This document shows positions 32,400 through 43,056 of a DNA stretch of 64,000 bases, one piece after another. The stretch covers positions 1,865 through 65,864 of the forward strand of contig CAKOYQ010000008.1 of NCBI GenBank assembly GCA_934130935.1. The letters run 5' to 3'. Each line of letters starts with the position of its first letter. Position 1 is the first letter of the stretch. Made by a program: the position numbers and the translations under genes. The stretch is from an uncultured Clostridia bacterium. Lineage in GTDB: Bacteria; Bacillota; Clostridia; TANB77; CAG-508. The notes below the pieces were generated by a model, which was not told the DNA's origin, made no database searches, and saw only the letters and a program-made list of their open reading frames with translations.

Positions 32400-32418
32400 A
32401 TTTTTCCTTTCTACCTTT

Positions 32419-32994
32419 TTAATATTTATCCAAAAATTTTTTTAAATTAAAAAATGAAAATAAAATATTTTTTGTTTCATCTCTACTACATTCTAAAACT
32501 ATATTTCCACATCTTATCAAACAATCTTTTATTTTAAAATATTTTTCATTTAATTCTTGAATAATATTTTCTTCTAAATTTTCTGTATTATTTTTAATAA
32601 TTAAATAAATATTTTTTGATGCAGATTTGTTTTTATTATTTTTTTCTTTAATAAATTCAACATAATTTTGTGAATATTTTTTTATTATTTTATTTTTTTC
32701 TCTTTGAGATATTTTTTGAATATTTTCTATGTGTTCACTTAAATCTTCTTTTTTACTTTGAATTAAAATTTGAATATCAAAATTACATGTTTTTAAAAAA
32801 ACTTTATAAGAATTTAAAATCGATTCTTTTTCTAATTGAGTTTTTAAATTAAAATTTATTGGAATTACCTTTAATATTTTTATATATTTATTTTTTTTTA
32901 CTTTTATAATACCTCTTTCTAAAATTCTTTCTATGGGTATCCACTTTTGTATAGATCTAATCTTTCTCACCTCCAATATACCAAGCTGCAACAT
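32419..32994 (-). CDS. TrsD-like protein (VirB4 N-terminal-like domain as a separate ORF), 191 aa
   Basis: KWIPIERILERGIIKVKKNKYIKILKVIPINFNLKTQLEKESIL aligns with FDTVRDNMIIQKNGNRYLMVVECQGINYDLMSGVEKTSVE of ORF 50818..52029. It sits immediately upstream of the ATPase. Confidence 0.5.
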   Translation of the reverse strand: MLQLGILEVRKIRSIQKWIPIERILERGIIKVKKNKYIKILKVIPINFNLKTQLEKESILNSYKVFLKTCNFDIQILIQSKKEDLSEHIENIQKISQREKNKIIKKYSQNYVEFIKEKNNKNKSASKNIYLIIKNNTENLEENIIQELNEKYFKIKDCLIRCGNIVLECSRDETKNILFSFFNLKKFLDKY

Positions 32995-33133
32995 AAAAAA
33001 ATATTGAAATAAATTAAAATTTTAAGAATTAATTTTATAATTAAAAGAAAAATAAAACTATTTATATGATATTTTTATTATATAATGAATTAGTAAAAAA
33101 AGCAAGAAAAATCGTTCGACAAAAATCGACAAA

Positions 33134-33164
33134 AGGGCAAAAACGGAACCGACCCCAAATGTCC
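33134..33164. repeat. Lone copy of the GGGCAAAAA(C/T)GGAACCGACCCCAAATG(T/C)CCC unit also found four times in the 6276-6467 palindrome
   Basis: Direct match with 2 mismatches to 6404-6434. Confidence 0.8.
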
Positions 33165-33625
33165 CTCAAAAAAATTTTAAATTTTTTGTATAGAAAAAAT
33201 TTTTCTGCACATAATATGTGTATAAGGTTAACATCAGTTGAGTGAAGAGTATTGATGGATTATTTATTAGTTTGTTAATATTCGAGCAAAGATGTATATT
33301 GGTTCATTTTTATGGATTAATATATGTCGGCGATAAAAATATATTATATGTATGTAAGCTGTATTTTATTTAAATTTTCAAGGATTATTTTTATATTTTA
33401 TATATGGTTAAATTATATGTAATATATTTGAACTAAGATTATTCTTGTATTATATGGGATTGTTATTAGTCCCTCGAGGATGAATATGGTTTCTACTAGT
33501 GCATTTGTAGTCGAGCAACTGATTAATATATGTGGTGTATGGTTTATTTGTATAGCAATATGCATTAGATCAAACCACTATATATATTAGTCTGAGTTAA
33601 GATTGGTTTTGGCTTTATAGATAAT

Positions 33626-33670
33626 AGGATTCCACTTGATATGGAATCCTATTAATTTTTTTCTTTTTTT
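33626..33670 (+). terminator. Rho-independent terminator for plus-strand transcription (AGGATTCCA-loop-TGGAATCCT then T-rich tail)
   Basis: 9-bp perfect stem followed by ATTAATTTTTTTCTTTTTTT. Orientation suits a rightward transcript from the ORF-free region 33.2-33.6 kb. Confidence 0.55.
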
Positions 33671-33685
33671 AAATTATATATTATT

Positions 33686-35617
<1,932 letters not shown>

Positions 35618-35669
35618 TTATTTTCCTTCCTTTCAATAGCACACTATTGGAAAAATTTTCAAAATGCAC

Positions 35670-36743
35670 TTAATTTTTTTCTATTATATCTCCGTCTATA
35701 ACATTATACGAAAAATATTTTAAATTTTCAAGTCTTAATTTTTCAGTACATGTTATTATAACTTGAATATCTTTTATATTATTTAAAAAGCTTTCTCTTC
35801 TTTTAGAATCTAACTCTGACATAAAATCATCTAATAATAATATTGGATATTCTCCAATATCATCATATATAACTTGTAATTCTGATAGTTTTAAAGATAG
35901 CATTGCTGTTCTATTTTGTCCTTGTGATCCAAAAGTTCCAACTTCCTTCTTATTTATATATATAATAAAATCATCTCTATGAACTCCTTTTGTTGTAAAT
36001 CCTTTTATTATATCTAATTTTCTTCTCGATTTTAACTCATTTATAAAAGTTTGTCTAGTTATAGCATCAGAAATATATTTTATTTCTATATCTTCTCTTC
36101 CATTTGTTATATCTTTATGAATATTTTTTATTTTATTTTTTATTTTTTCTAAAAATTCTTTTCTATATTCATATATTTTAATTCCATAATCAATTAATTT
36201 TTCATCCCAAATATCTAATAAATTTTCATCTTTTTTTTCTGTTTTTATTTGTTTTAAATAATTATTCCTTTGTTCTAATGTTTTATTATATAATGATAAT
36301 ATATGCATATAATTTGGTCTTAATTGACTTATCATAATATCTAAAAATTTTCTTCTATTTTGTGGTCCATCTTTTAAAATATTTATATCATCTGGAGTAA
36401 AAATTACTATATTTATATTTCCTAATAATTCACTTAATTTTTTTATTTTTATTCCATTTAAATAAACTTGTTTTTTTTCACCAATTTCTATTTTTATATT
36501 TCCTGTTCTATCACTTTTTTCATAATTAATTTCTACTAATGTTTTTTCTTCATTAAATTTAATTAATTCTTTTTCTTTATTTGTTCTAAAAGATTTTCCA
36601 ATACTACACAAAAATATTGATTCAATAATATTTGTTTTTCCTTGAGCATTTTCTCCAAAAAAAACATTAATATTTTCGTGTAACTTTATTTCTTTATTAT
36701 TATAATTTCTAAAATTATTTAATTTAATATTATTTATCCACAT
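35670..36743 (-). CDS. recF: DNA replication and repair protein RecF
   Basis: Walker A GENAQGKTN and LLLDD. Start set at MWINNIKLNNFRNY (RBS TGGAGA) rather than the track start 36755. Confidence 0.9.
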   Translation of the reverse strand: MWINNIKLNNFRNYNNKEIKLHENINVFFGENAQGKTNIIESIFLCSIGKSFRTNKEKELIKFNEEKTLVEINYEKSDRTGNIKIEIGEKKQVYLNGIKIKKLSELLGNINIVIFTPDDINILKDGPQNRRKFLDIMISQLRPNYMHILSLYNKTLEQRNNYLKQIKTEKKDENLLDIWDEKLIDYGIKIYEYRKEFLEKIKNKIKNIHKDITNGREDIEIKYISDAITRQTFINELKSRRKLDIIKGFTTKGVHRDDFIIYINKKEVGTFGSQGQNRTAMLSLKLSELQVIYDDIGEYPILLLDDFMSELDSKRRESFLNNIKDIQVIITCTEKLRLENLKYFSYNVIDGDIIEKN

Positions 36744-36755
36744 ATTATTCTCCAT

Positions 36756-37193
36756 TTGTGTATAATTTTTTGTATTTTTTATTATTTTCTATTATTTTTT
36801 AATATAAAATTATATTACTAAAAAATAAAAACGTCTTATTTTTGATTTTCGTGCGTCGTTTTTTTTGCATTTTTTTATTTTTTTATATTTATTTTATTTT
36901 TTTTATTATTTTTTAATTAATTAAAATAAATTTTTTTATTTTTTTATTTAATTAATTATTTAATTTTTTTTATTTTTAAAAAATATTTTTTATTTTTCTT
37001 TTTTATTTTAAGTAAACTTTAGTAAACCTTTTTTTGTTTTATAAAATTTATTAAAATCTTTTTTATTCTATTTTATTCTTTTTTTTTTTATTTTATTCTA
37101 ATTTATTTGTTTTTCATTTATTTTTTAGTTAATTTATTTTTAATTTATTTTATTTTTTGTTTTTTATATTATGTTTATTTTTTAAATAATAAA
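36756..37193. repeat. About 440-bp low-complexity, strand-asymmetric T-rich tract with phased T-runs and short tandem repeats, with no ORF
   Basis: About 95% A+T, with T-runs of 6-10 every 10-11 bp. Sits where the small S4-domain yaaA gene normally is, between dnaN and recF. Confidence 0.8.
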
Positions 37194-37220
37194 TTTGGCC
37201 AGAAACATTCTCTGACCAAA
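37194..37220 (-). terminator. Candidate dnaN terminator hairpin (TTTGGCCAGA-loop-TCTGACCAAA), followed on the minus strand by an A/U-rich tail
   Basis: 10-bp stem with one G-U pair, directly after the dnaN stop. Confidence 0.45.
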
Positions 37221-37223
37221 CCT

Positions 37224-38339
37224 TTATTCTTTTAATCTTATTGGTAAAATCATATAAACATAATCATTATTTTCTACAGATTTTACTAAACATGGGGAAA
37301 TACTTGTTCCAAATTCAACAAAAACCTCTTCATCATCTATTGCTTTTAAGCTATCTAAAAAATATTTTGGATTAAATCCTGCTTCTATATTTTTTCCTTC
37401 TGTTGAAACATACAATTCTTCTTTAGCTTCCCCTGTTTGATTTGTACAAGATATAGTCATTTTTCCAATATCTATAGAAACTTTTACAGGATATTTTTTC
37501 TCTTTTTCTATAGATGATGCTGATATTAAGCTAATTCTTTCAAAACTATTTTGTAAATTACTTTTATTAACTTTTATTCTCGTTTCCCAACTATTTGGAA
37601 TTACAGATTTATAATTTAAAAATTCTCCATCTAATATACGAGTTACAACTTTACAATTTTCCATTTCAAATAATGCTTGATTTTTTGAAATTCCTATTTT
37701 TATATGTTCAAATGAATCTTGTAAAATTTTATTAATTTCACTCAATGCCTTCCCTGGTATTACTGCTTTAAAATCATTTACTTTAGTTTGTAAATAAATA
37801 CTTCTTAGTGCTAATCTAAAACCATCAACTGCAACAACATTTAGCTTATTGTTTTCCACTTCGAATAAACAACCTGTGAATATTGGTCTATTTTCTTCAT
37901 TACTAACTGCAAATATAGTTCTTCTAATCATATTTTTTAACATATTTTGTTCTAAATCGATTGAATTTTCTACTTCTATCTTTGGTAATTCTGGAAATTC
38001 TTCTGGATTCATTGTAGTTAATTTGTATAGAGCTCCCTCACATTCAATTTCCAATAAGTTATTTTCGTTTAAGGTAATATAAATCTCTGTATCTGGTAAT
38101 TTTCTTATTATTTCACTAAACATTATTGCATTTACTACTGTACTTCCTTGTTCTTTTACTTCACATTCCATCACATATTCTATTCCGATTTCTAAGTCAT
38201 AAGTTGTTAATTTTATTTCATTATCATTAGTTTGAATAAGTATTCCTTCTAGTATTGGCATTGTTGTTTTAGATGCAACACCTTTAACTACGGAATTTAA
38301 TGCTTTAAGGATATTATCCTTATAACAAACAATTTTCAT
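37224..38339 (-). CDS. dnaN: DNA polymerase III beta sliding clamp
   Basis: 371 aa; overall beta-clamp-like sequence; position between dnaA and recF. Confidence 0.95.
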   Translation of the reverse strand: MKIVCYKDNILKALNSVVKGVASKTTMPILEGILIQTNDNEIKLTTYDLEIGIEYVMECEVKEQGSTVVNAIMFSEIIRKLPDTEIYITLNENNLLEIECEGALYKLTTMNPEEFPELPKIEVENSIDLEQNMLKNMIRRTIFAVSNEENRPIFTGCLFEVENNKLNVVAVDGFRLALRSIYLQTKVNDFKAVIPGKALSEINKILQDSFEHIKIGISKNQALFEMENCKVVTRILDGEFLNYKSVIPNSWETRIKVNKSNLQNSFERISLISASSIEKEKKYPVKVSIDIGKMTISCTNQTGEAKEELYVSTEGKNIEAGFNPKYFLDSLKAIDDEEVFVEFGTSISPCLVKSVENNDYVYMILPIRLKE

Positions 38340-38404
38340 TTTGAATCTCTCCTTTATTAATTATTAAATATAATATAAATATTATTAGTAGTAATAGTAT
38401 TAGG

Positions 38405-38580
38405 TGCTGTGGATAATGTGGAAAACTATGTGGAAACATTTTATCCCTAAGAAAAATTTGTGTGAATAACTTGGTGGATAACTTACAATTTTGTCCACAT
38501 GAAAAATTTTTAAATGTGGATAGATAAGTTTTAAACAGTTTATCAACACACTTTCAACAACTGGGTGTGGATATCCAAGC
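38405..38580. promoter_or_regulatory. DnaA-box cluster in the dnaA-dnaN intergenic region (oriC part)
   Basis: TGTGGATAA, TGTGGAAAA, TGTGGAAAC, TTATCC, GGTGGATAA, TGTCCACA, TGTGGATAG, TTATCAACA, TGTGGATAT. Confidence 0.85.
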
Positions 38581-38673
38581 TATTGCTCCCGTAAGTAAAG
38601 ATAACTTTTTTTTAACCAAACAGTTGTCCTTATGAACAAAATTTCTAAAATAGCAACTAAACTATTTATTTAT

Positions 38674-40029
38674 CTATTGTTCACCATTTATAATTATGTT
38701 TTTCACACTTTCCACAATTAACTTTGTATTGTTTTTATCTTTTATTTCTTTTTCAATTTTTTTACAAGCATGCATTACAGTTGAATGATCTCTATTACCA
38801 AAGTCCTCTCCTATCTTAGGATAAGACATATTTGCTACTTCTCTGCAAAGATACATTGCAATTTGTCTTGGAAAAGCAATTTCATTTGAACGTTTGTTAC
38901 TTGATAAATCATCTTTATTAATATTAAAGTATTTTGCAACAGTTTCTTTCACAAATTCTGATGAAAGAACTTTTTCACTTGCTGCTTTAAACTCATTTAT
39001 AGTATTTTCTGCTAATTCTATTGTTATTGGAGTATGTGTTAGAGATGCTGTAGCTATAATTTTATTAAATACACCTTCTAATTCTCTAATATTTGAATCA
39101 ATTTTATTAGCTATACTTGATAATATGTTGTCATCTACAAGAATTTTTTCTTCTTGAGCTTTTTTTCGTAATATTGCTAAACGAGTTTCATAGTCTGGAC
39201 AAGAAATATCTGCTAATAATCCCCATTCGAATCTTGATTTTAGTCTATCTTCGAGAAACTGTATTTCTCTTGGTGGTTTATCACTTGAAATGATAATTTG
39301 TTTTTTGTCTTCATACAAAGCATTAAATGTGTGGAAAAATTCTTCTTGAACTCTTTCCTTTCCTGCAATGAATTGAATATCGTCAATTAATAGAACATCT
39401 ATTGTTCTATATTTATTTCTAAATACTTCATTTTTATTATCTTTAATAGCATTTATTAATTGATTAGTAAACTTTTCTGAGGTTACATATAGAATTTTTG
39501 CAGCTCTATTGTTTTGCAAAATTCTGTTCCCTATTGCTTGCATTAAATGAGTTTTTCCTAGTCCTACACCACCATATAAAAATAATGGATTGTAAGATTC
39601 ACCAGGTTTGTCACCTACTGCTATAGCTGCAGCATGTGCAAAACGGTTGTTGTTTCCAACAACAAATGTGTCAAAAGTATATTTTGGATTAAGAGTTCTA
39701 TTTGAAGTTTCAATTTCTGGTTCTTGAGAATATTGATTGTTTGAAACTATAACTCCTTCACTTTCGCCACTTTTTCCATCTTCATAGGCAAATACAGAAA
39801 CGGTCCAATCTTTATTTGTAATAAATTTGAAAGTATTAAGAACTAGATCAGCATAGCGAGTTTCTAACATTTCTTTCGCATAAGGTGAACTAGCTTTTAA
39901 GACGATTTTGTTGTTAGTCATCTCAGTGATTGTCATAGGACTAAACCAAGTTTCATAAGCAATTTGAGTTACTTCTTCTTTTAGCAGTTCTTTTGCTTGA
40001 TTTAATAGTTCGTCTTTTTCAATTTGCAT
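38674..40029 (-). CDS. dnaA: Chromosomal replication initiator DnaA
   Basis: AAA+ Walker A GGVGLGKTHL and a C-terminal DNA-binding domain. Start set at MQIEKDELLNQ (RBS AAAGGATG). The longer track ORF extends upstream through DnaA boxes. Confidence 0.95.
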   Translation of the reverse strand: MQIEKDELLNQAKELLKEEVTQIAYETWFSPMTITEMTNNKIVLKASSPYAKEMLETRYADLVLNTFKFITNKDWTVSVFAYEDGKSGESEGVIVSNNQYSQEPEIETSNRTLNPKYTFDTFVVGNNNRFAHAAAIAVGDKPGESYNPLFLYGGVGLGKTHLMQAIGNRILQNNRAAKILYVTSEKFTNQLINAIKDNKNEVFRNKYRTIDVLLIDDIQFIAGKERVQEEFFHTFNALYEDKKQIIISSDKPPREIQFLEDRLKSRFEWGLLADISCPDYETRLAILRKKAQEEKILVDDNILSSIANKIDSNIRELEGVFNKIIATASLTHTPITIELAENTINEFKAASEKVLSSEFVKETVAKYFNINKDDLSSNKRSNEIAFPRQIAMYLCREVANMSYPKIGEDFGNRDHSTVMHACKKIEKEIKDKNNTKLIVESVKNIIINGEQ

Positions 40030-40400
40030 ATTAAAACATCCTTTCAAATAAAAAAATATAAAGTTATCCACAAAGTTTTCCACAGATGTGGATAACTTTG
40101 TAATAATAATGTAATAAACAAGGAATTTTCTACGAACAGACATTTTTAAACAGTGTTTTTTATAAATCCCCTATCTTTTCTTTTTCAGTATAATATCAAA
40201 ATTTTACACAATAAGTCAAGATGTTTGTGGATAAATTAAAAAAAACTGTGGATAATTATGAAAAATCTTGTGGAAAACTATAGTTTTATGACAAAATTAT
40301 TACAAAAAAATAAAATTTTAATTTTTTATATAATAATTTTTTTCAAAAAGCAATAGAGGAAATTATAGAAATTAAAAAAATTTAAATTTTATTAAAAAGT
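40030..40400. promoter_or_regulatory. oriC upstream part: DnaA boxes plus AT-rich unwinding region; rpmH promoter TTGACA-17-TATAAT at 40402-40430
   Basis: TTATCCACA at 40064, TTTTCCACA, and TGTGGATAA at 40087, 40224 and 40246; TGTGGAAAA at 40269. An AT-rich stretch follows. Confidence 0.85.
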
Positions 40401-40509
40401 ATTGACAAATGCGAGAAATATGATGTATAATCGATATACTTGTTATTTTGTAACAATTTTCCGAAATGGAATTAATATATAACTAAAACAGTAGGAGGTG
40501 CGATTATTA

Positions 40510-40644
40510 ATGAAAAGAACATTCCAACCAAAAAATAGACAAAGAAAAAAGGAACATGGATTTATGAAAAGAATGTCAACAAAAGCAGGAAGAAATGTAT
40601 TAAAAGCAAGAAGAGCAAAAGGAAGAAAGAAAATCTGTGCTTAG
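40510..40644 (+). CDS. rpmH: 50S ribosomal protein L34
   Basis: [44 protein letters not shown]. Only 44 aa, so it falls below the ORF-track cutoff. Confidence 0.95.
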   Translation: MKRTFQPKNRQRKKEHGFMKRMSTKAGRNVLKARRAKGRKKICA

Positions 40645-40716
40645 CAACAAACTAAAGGTCTAGGCCTTTAGTTGTTTTCTTCTTCTTAGTAAAGCTCTTA
40701 TTTTAGGGAGTAGAAA

Positions 40717-41073
40717 ATGAAGAAAACAAAAATGCTAAAAAAGAATTATGAGTTTAAAACAGTATTGTCAAAAGGAAAATTTTTTATTGGGAAAGAAATA
40801 GGAATTTGTATTTTAAAAAACAATAGAAAAAGGAATTTTTTAGGAATTGCTATAGGTACAAAAAATGGAAAAGCTTTCCAGAGAAATAAAGCTAAAAGAT
40901 TAATAAGAGAATGTTATACAAGGCTAGAAGAACAGTTAGTTGAAGGAAATAATATTGTAATATTAATGAATAAGAAATTTTGCATAGACAATATACAATT
41001 TTCAGAGATATTTAATGACATGAAAAATATATTTGAAGAGGCAAAAATTTTAAACAAAGAAGATGAAATATGA
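40717..41073 (+). CDS. rnpA: RNase P protein component
   Basis: Small basic protein directly after rpmH; KAFQRNKAKRLIRE motif. Confidence 0.9.
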   Translation: MKKTKMLKKNYEFKTVLSKGKFFIGKEIGICILKNNRKRNFLGIAIGTKNGKAFQRNKAKRLIRECYTRLEEQLVEGNNIVILMNKKFCIDNIQFSEIFNDMKNIFEEAKILNKEDEI

Positions 41074-41288
41074 AAAAAATATGTATATATTTAATTGAAT
41101 GGTATCAAAAGAATATTTCAAAATTTTTAGAAAGCAAAAATATAAAATGCAAATATTATCCTACATGTTCAGAATACACAAAACAAGCCATAAAAAAATA
41201 TGGAGTATTAAAAGGATGTGGATTGGGAACTGTAAGAATTTTAAAATGTAATCCTTTTTCTAAAGGAGGATATGACCCATTAAAATAG
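41070..41288 (+). CDS. yidD: Membrane protein insertion efficiency factor YidD
   Basis: Conserved YYPTCSEY...GCGLG motif. Confidence 0.9.
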   Translation: MKKICIYLIEWYQKNISKFLESKNIKCKYYPTCSEYTKQAIKKYGVLKGCGLGTVRILKCNPFSKGGYDPLK

Positions 41289-41302
41289 AAGGGGGAAGTT
41301 GA

Positions 41303-42283
41303 ATGATAGCATTTTTTGCCAATTTATTTGGATATGTATTAAATTTTATATATAATGTTGTTAAAAATTATGGTGTTGCAATTATAATTTTTTCAATATT
41401 AGTGAAGGTATTAATGATTCCAATTTCACTTAAACAGCAGAAAACAATGAAAAAATCAGCAAAAATACAAGCAAAAATGAAGGAAATACAATTCAAATAT
41501 AAAAATAATCCTGAACAACTAAATCAAGCTACAATGGAGTTATATAAATCAGAAAATATGAGTCCATTTAGTGGATGTTTTAGTGCTATTGTACAAATAG
41601 TTTTGCTATTTGCGGTATTTTATTTAGTACGTTCACCTCTTACGTATATGAAAAAAATAGATGAGAATGTAATAAATAAATATTCAAAAATAATTCATGA
41701 AAATGATTTAAGTACAAATAGTGCATATCCACAAATAGAAATACTTAGAGAATTGGACAATGTTAAAGAATTAAAAAATAAAAAAACACCAGTAGAGGCA
41801 AATGAAGGCAATGAAAGTTCAGAAGAACAACAACAGGTAGATGAAAAAATAAAAGATTTATCAGAAATAAATGATGAAGAATTAAATAATTTATATATAA
41901 ATATGGACTTTTTAGGACTTAATTTAGCTCAAGTACCAACAAAAAGCTCAGATTGGAAGGCATATATAATTCCAATATTATATGTAATAACAGCTGTAAT
42001 TTCGTTAAGAGTTGCAAATTCAACTCAATTAAAAGATAAAAAGGTATCAAAAGAAGAGCAGGAAGAAAATAAAGACGAAAAGGCTTTAACAAAGCCAGAA
42101 GATGATTTTGATCCAATGGCTCAAATGAATAAAAATATGAATATGATGTTTCCAGTTATGTACCTAGCCGTAGCACTTATAGCACCTTTAGGACTAGCAT
42201 TATATTGGTTAATGAATAGTTTATTAATGATTATAGAAAAATTAATTTTAAATAAGCTTTTAAAAGACGAGGAGGAAAATTAA
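41303..42283 (+). CDS. yidC: YidC/SpoIIIJ membrane protein insertase
   Basis: TM topology and conserved position. Confidence 0.9.
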   Translation: MIAFFANLFGYVLNFIYNVVKNYGVAIIIFSILVKVLMIPISLKQQKTMKKSAKIQAKMKEIQFKYKNNPEQLNQATMELYKSENMSPFSGCFSAIVQIVLLFAVFYLVRSPLTYMKKIDENVINKYSKIIHENDLSTNSAYPQIEILRELDNVKELKNKKTPVEANEGNESSEEQQQVDEKIKDLSEINDEELNNLYINMDFLGLNLAQVPTKSSDWKAYIIPILYVITAVISLRVANSTQLKDKKVSKEEQEENKDEKALTKPEDDFDPMAQMNKNMNMMFPVMYLAVALIAPLGLALYWLMNSLLMIIEKLILNKLLKDEEEN

Positions 42284-42284
42284 G

Positions 42285-42956
42285 ATGGCAAAAAGTATAA
42301 TTTCAGAAGGAAAAACAACAGCAGAAGCTATAGAGAAAGGGCTAAAAGCAATCGGTTTGCCAAAAGAATTAGTTGATATTAAAGTAATAGAAGAAAATAA
42401 AAAAAGTTTTTTTGACATATTAGCTCCAAAAGTTGTAAAAGTAGAATTAAAAGAAAAGGAAGCAAAAAAACCTGAGGAATTTGAGATAGAAACAACAGAG
42501 GAAGAACTTGAGACATCAAAAAATAAATTAGAAAAGTTTTTAGAAGAGTTTGTACAAAAATTAAATAATGAAGCAACTTATAAAGTTGAAATTAAAGAAA
42601 AATGTTTATATGTAACAATCAATGGTAAAAATATGGGAAACCTTATAGGATATAGGGGAGAAGCATTATATGCTTTAGAAAATATTTTAAAAGCAATGGC
42701 TAACCAAAATTCAGAAAATAGAGTAATTGTTAGATTAGACATAGAAAATTATAAAGAAAAAAGAATAAAAACATTGCAAGAATTTGCCAGCAAAAAAGCA
42801 AAAATTGTTGAAAAAACTGGAAAGATGATAACACTAGAACCTATGCAGGCGTATGAAAGAAAAGTAATTCATAGTTTTTTACAAGATAATCCAAATGTAG
42901 AGACTAGAAGTATAGGACAAGATCCAAGAAGAAGAATTGTAATTTCAAAAAAATAA
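42285..42956 (+). CDS. jag: Jag/KhpB RNA-binding protein (KH + R3H)
   Basis: R3H-like C-terminus; position after yidC. Confidence 0.85.
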   Translation: MAKSIISEGKTTAEAIEKGLKAIGLPKELVDIKVIEENKKSFFDILAPKVVKVELKEKEAKKPEEFEIETTEEELETSKNKLEKFLEEFVQKLNNEATYKVEIKEKCLYVTINGKNMGNLIGYRGEALYALENILKAMANQNSENRVIVRLDIENYKEKRIKTLQEFASKKAKIVEKTGKMITLEPMQAYERKVIHSFLQDNPNVETRSIGQDPRRRIVISKK

Positions 42957-43056
42957 TAAAAATCAGAAGTCAAAGTTCAGATTTTAATCATGCATAAGAT
43001 AAATGCATAAGATTAATTTAACTTTGGCTTTTTATTATATAAAAAGGAGGAAAATC

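Noticed and set aside
40030-40143. N-terminal 38-codon extension of the dnaA track ORF (MSVRRKFLVYYIII...)
   Set aside because: It covers the DnaA boxes and has no RBS; the canonical DnaA N-terminus begins at MQIEKDELL, which has an RBS.
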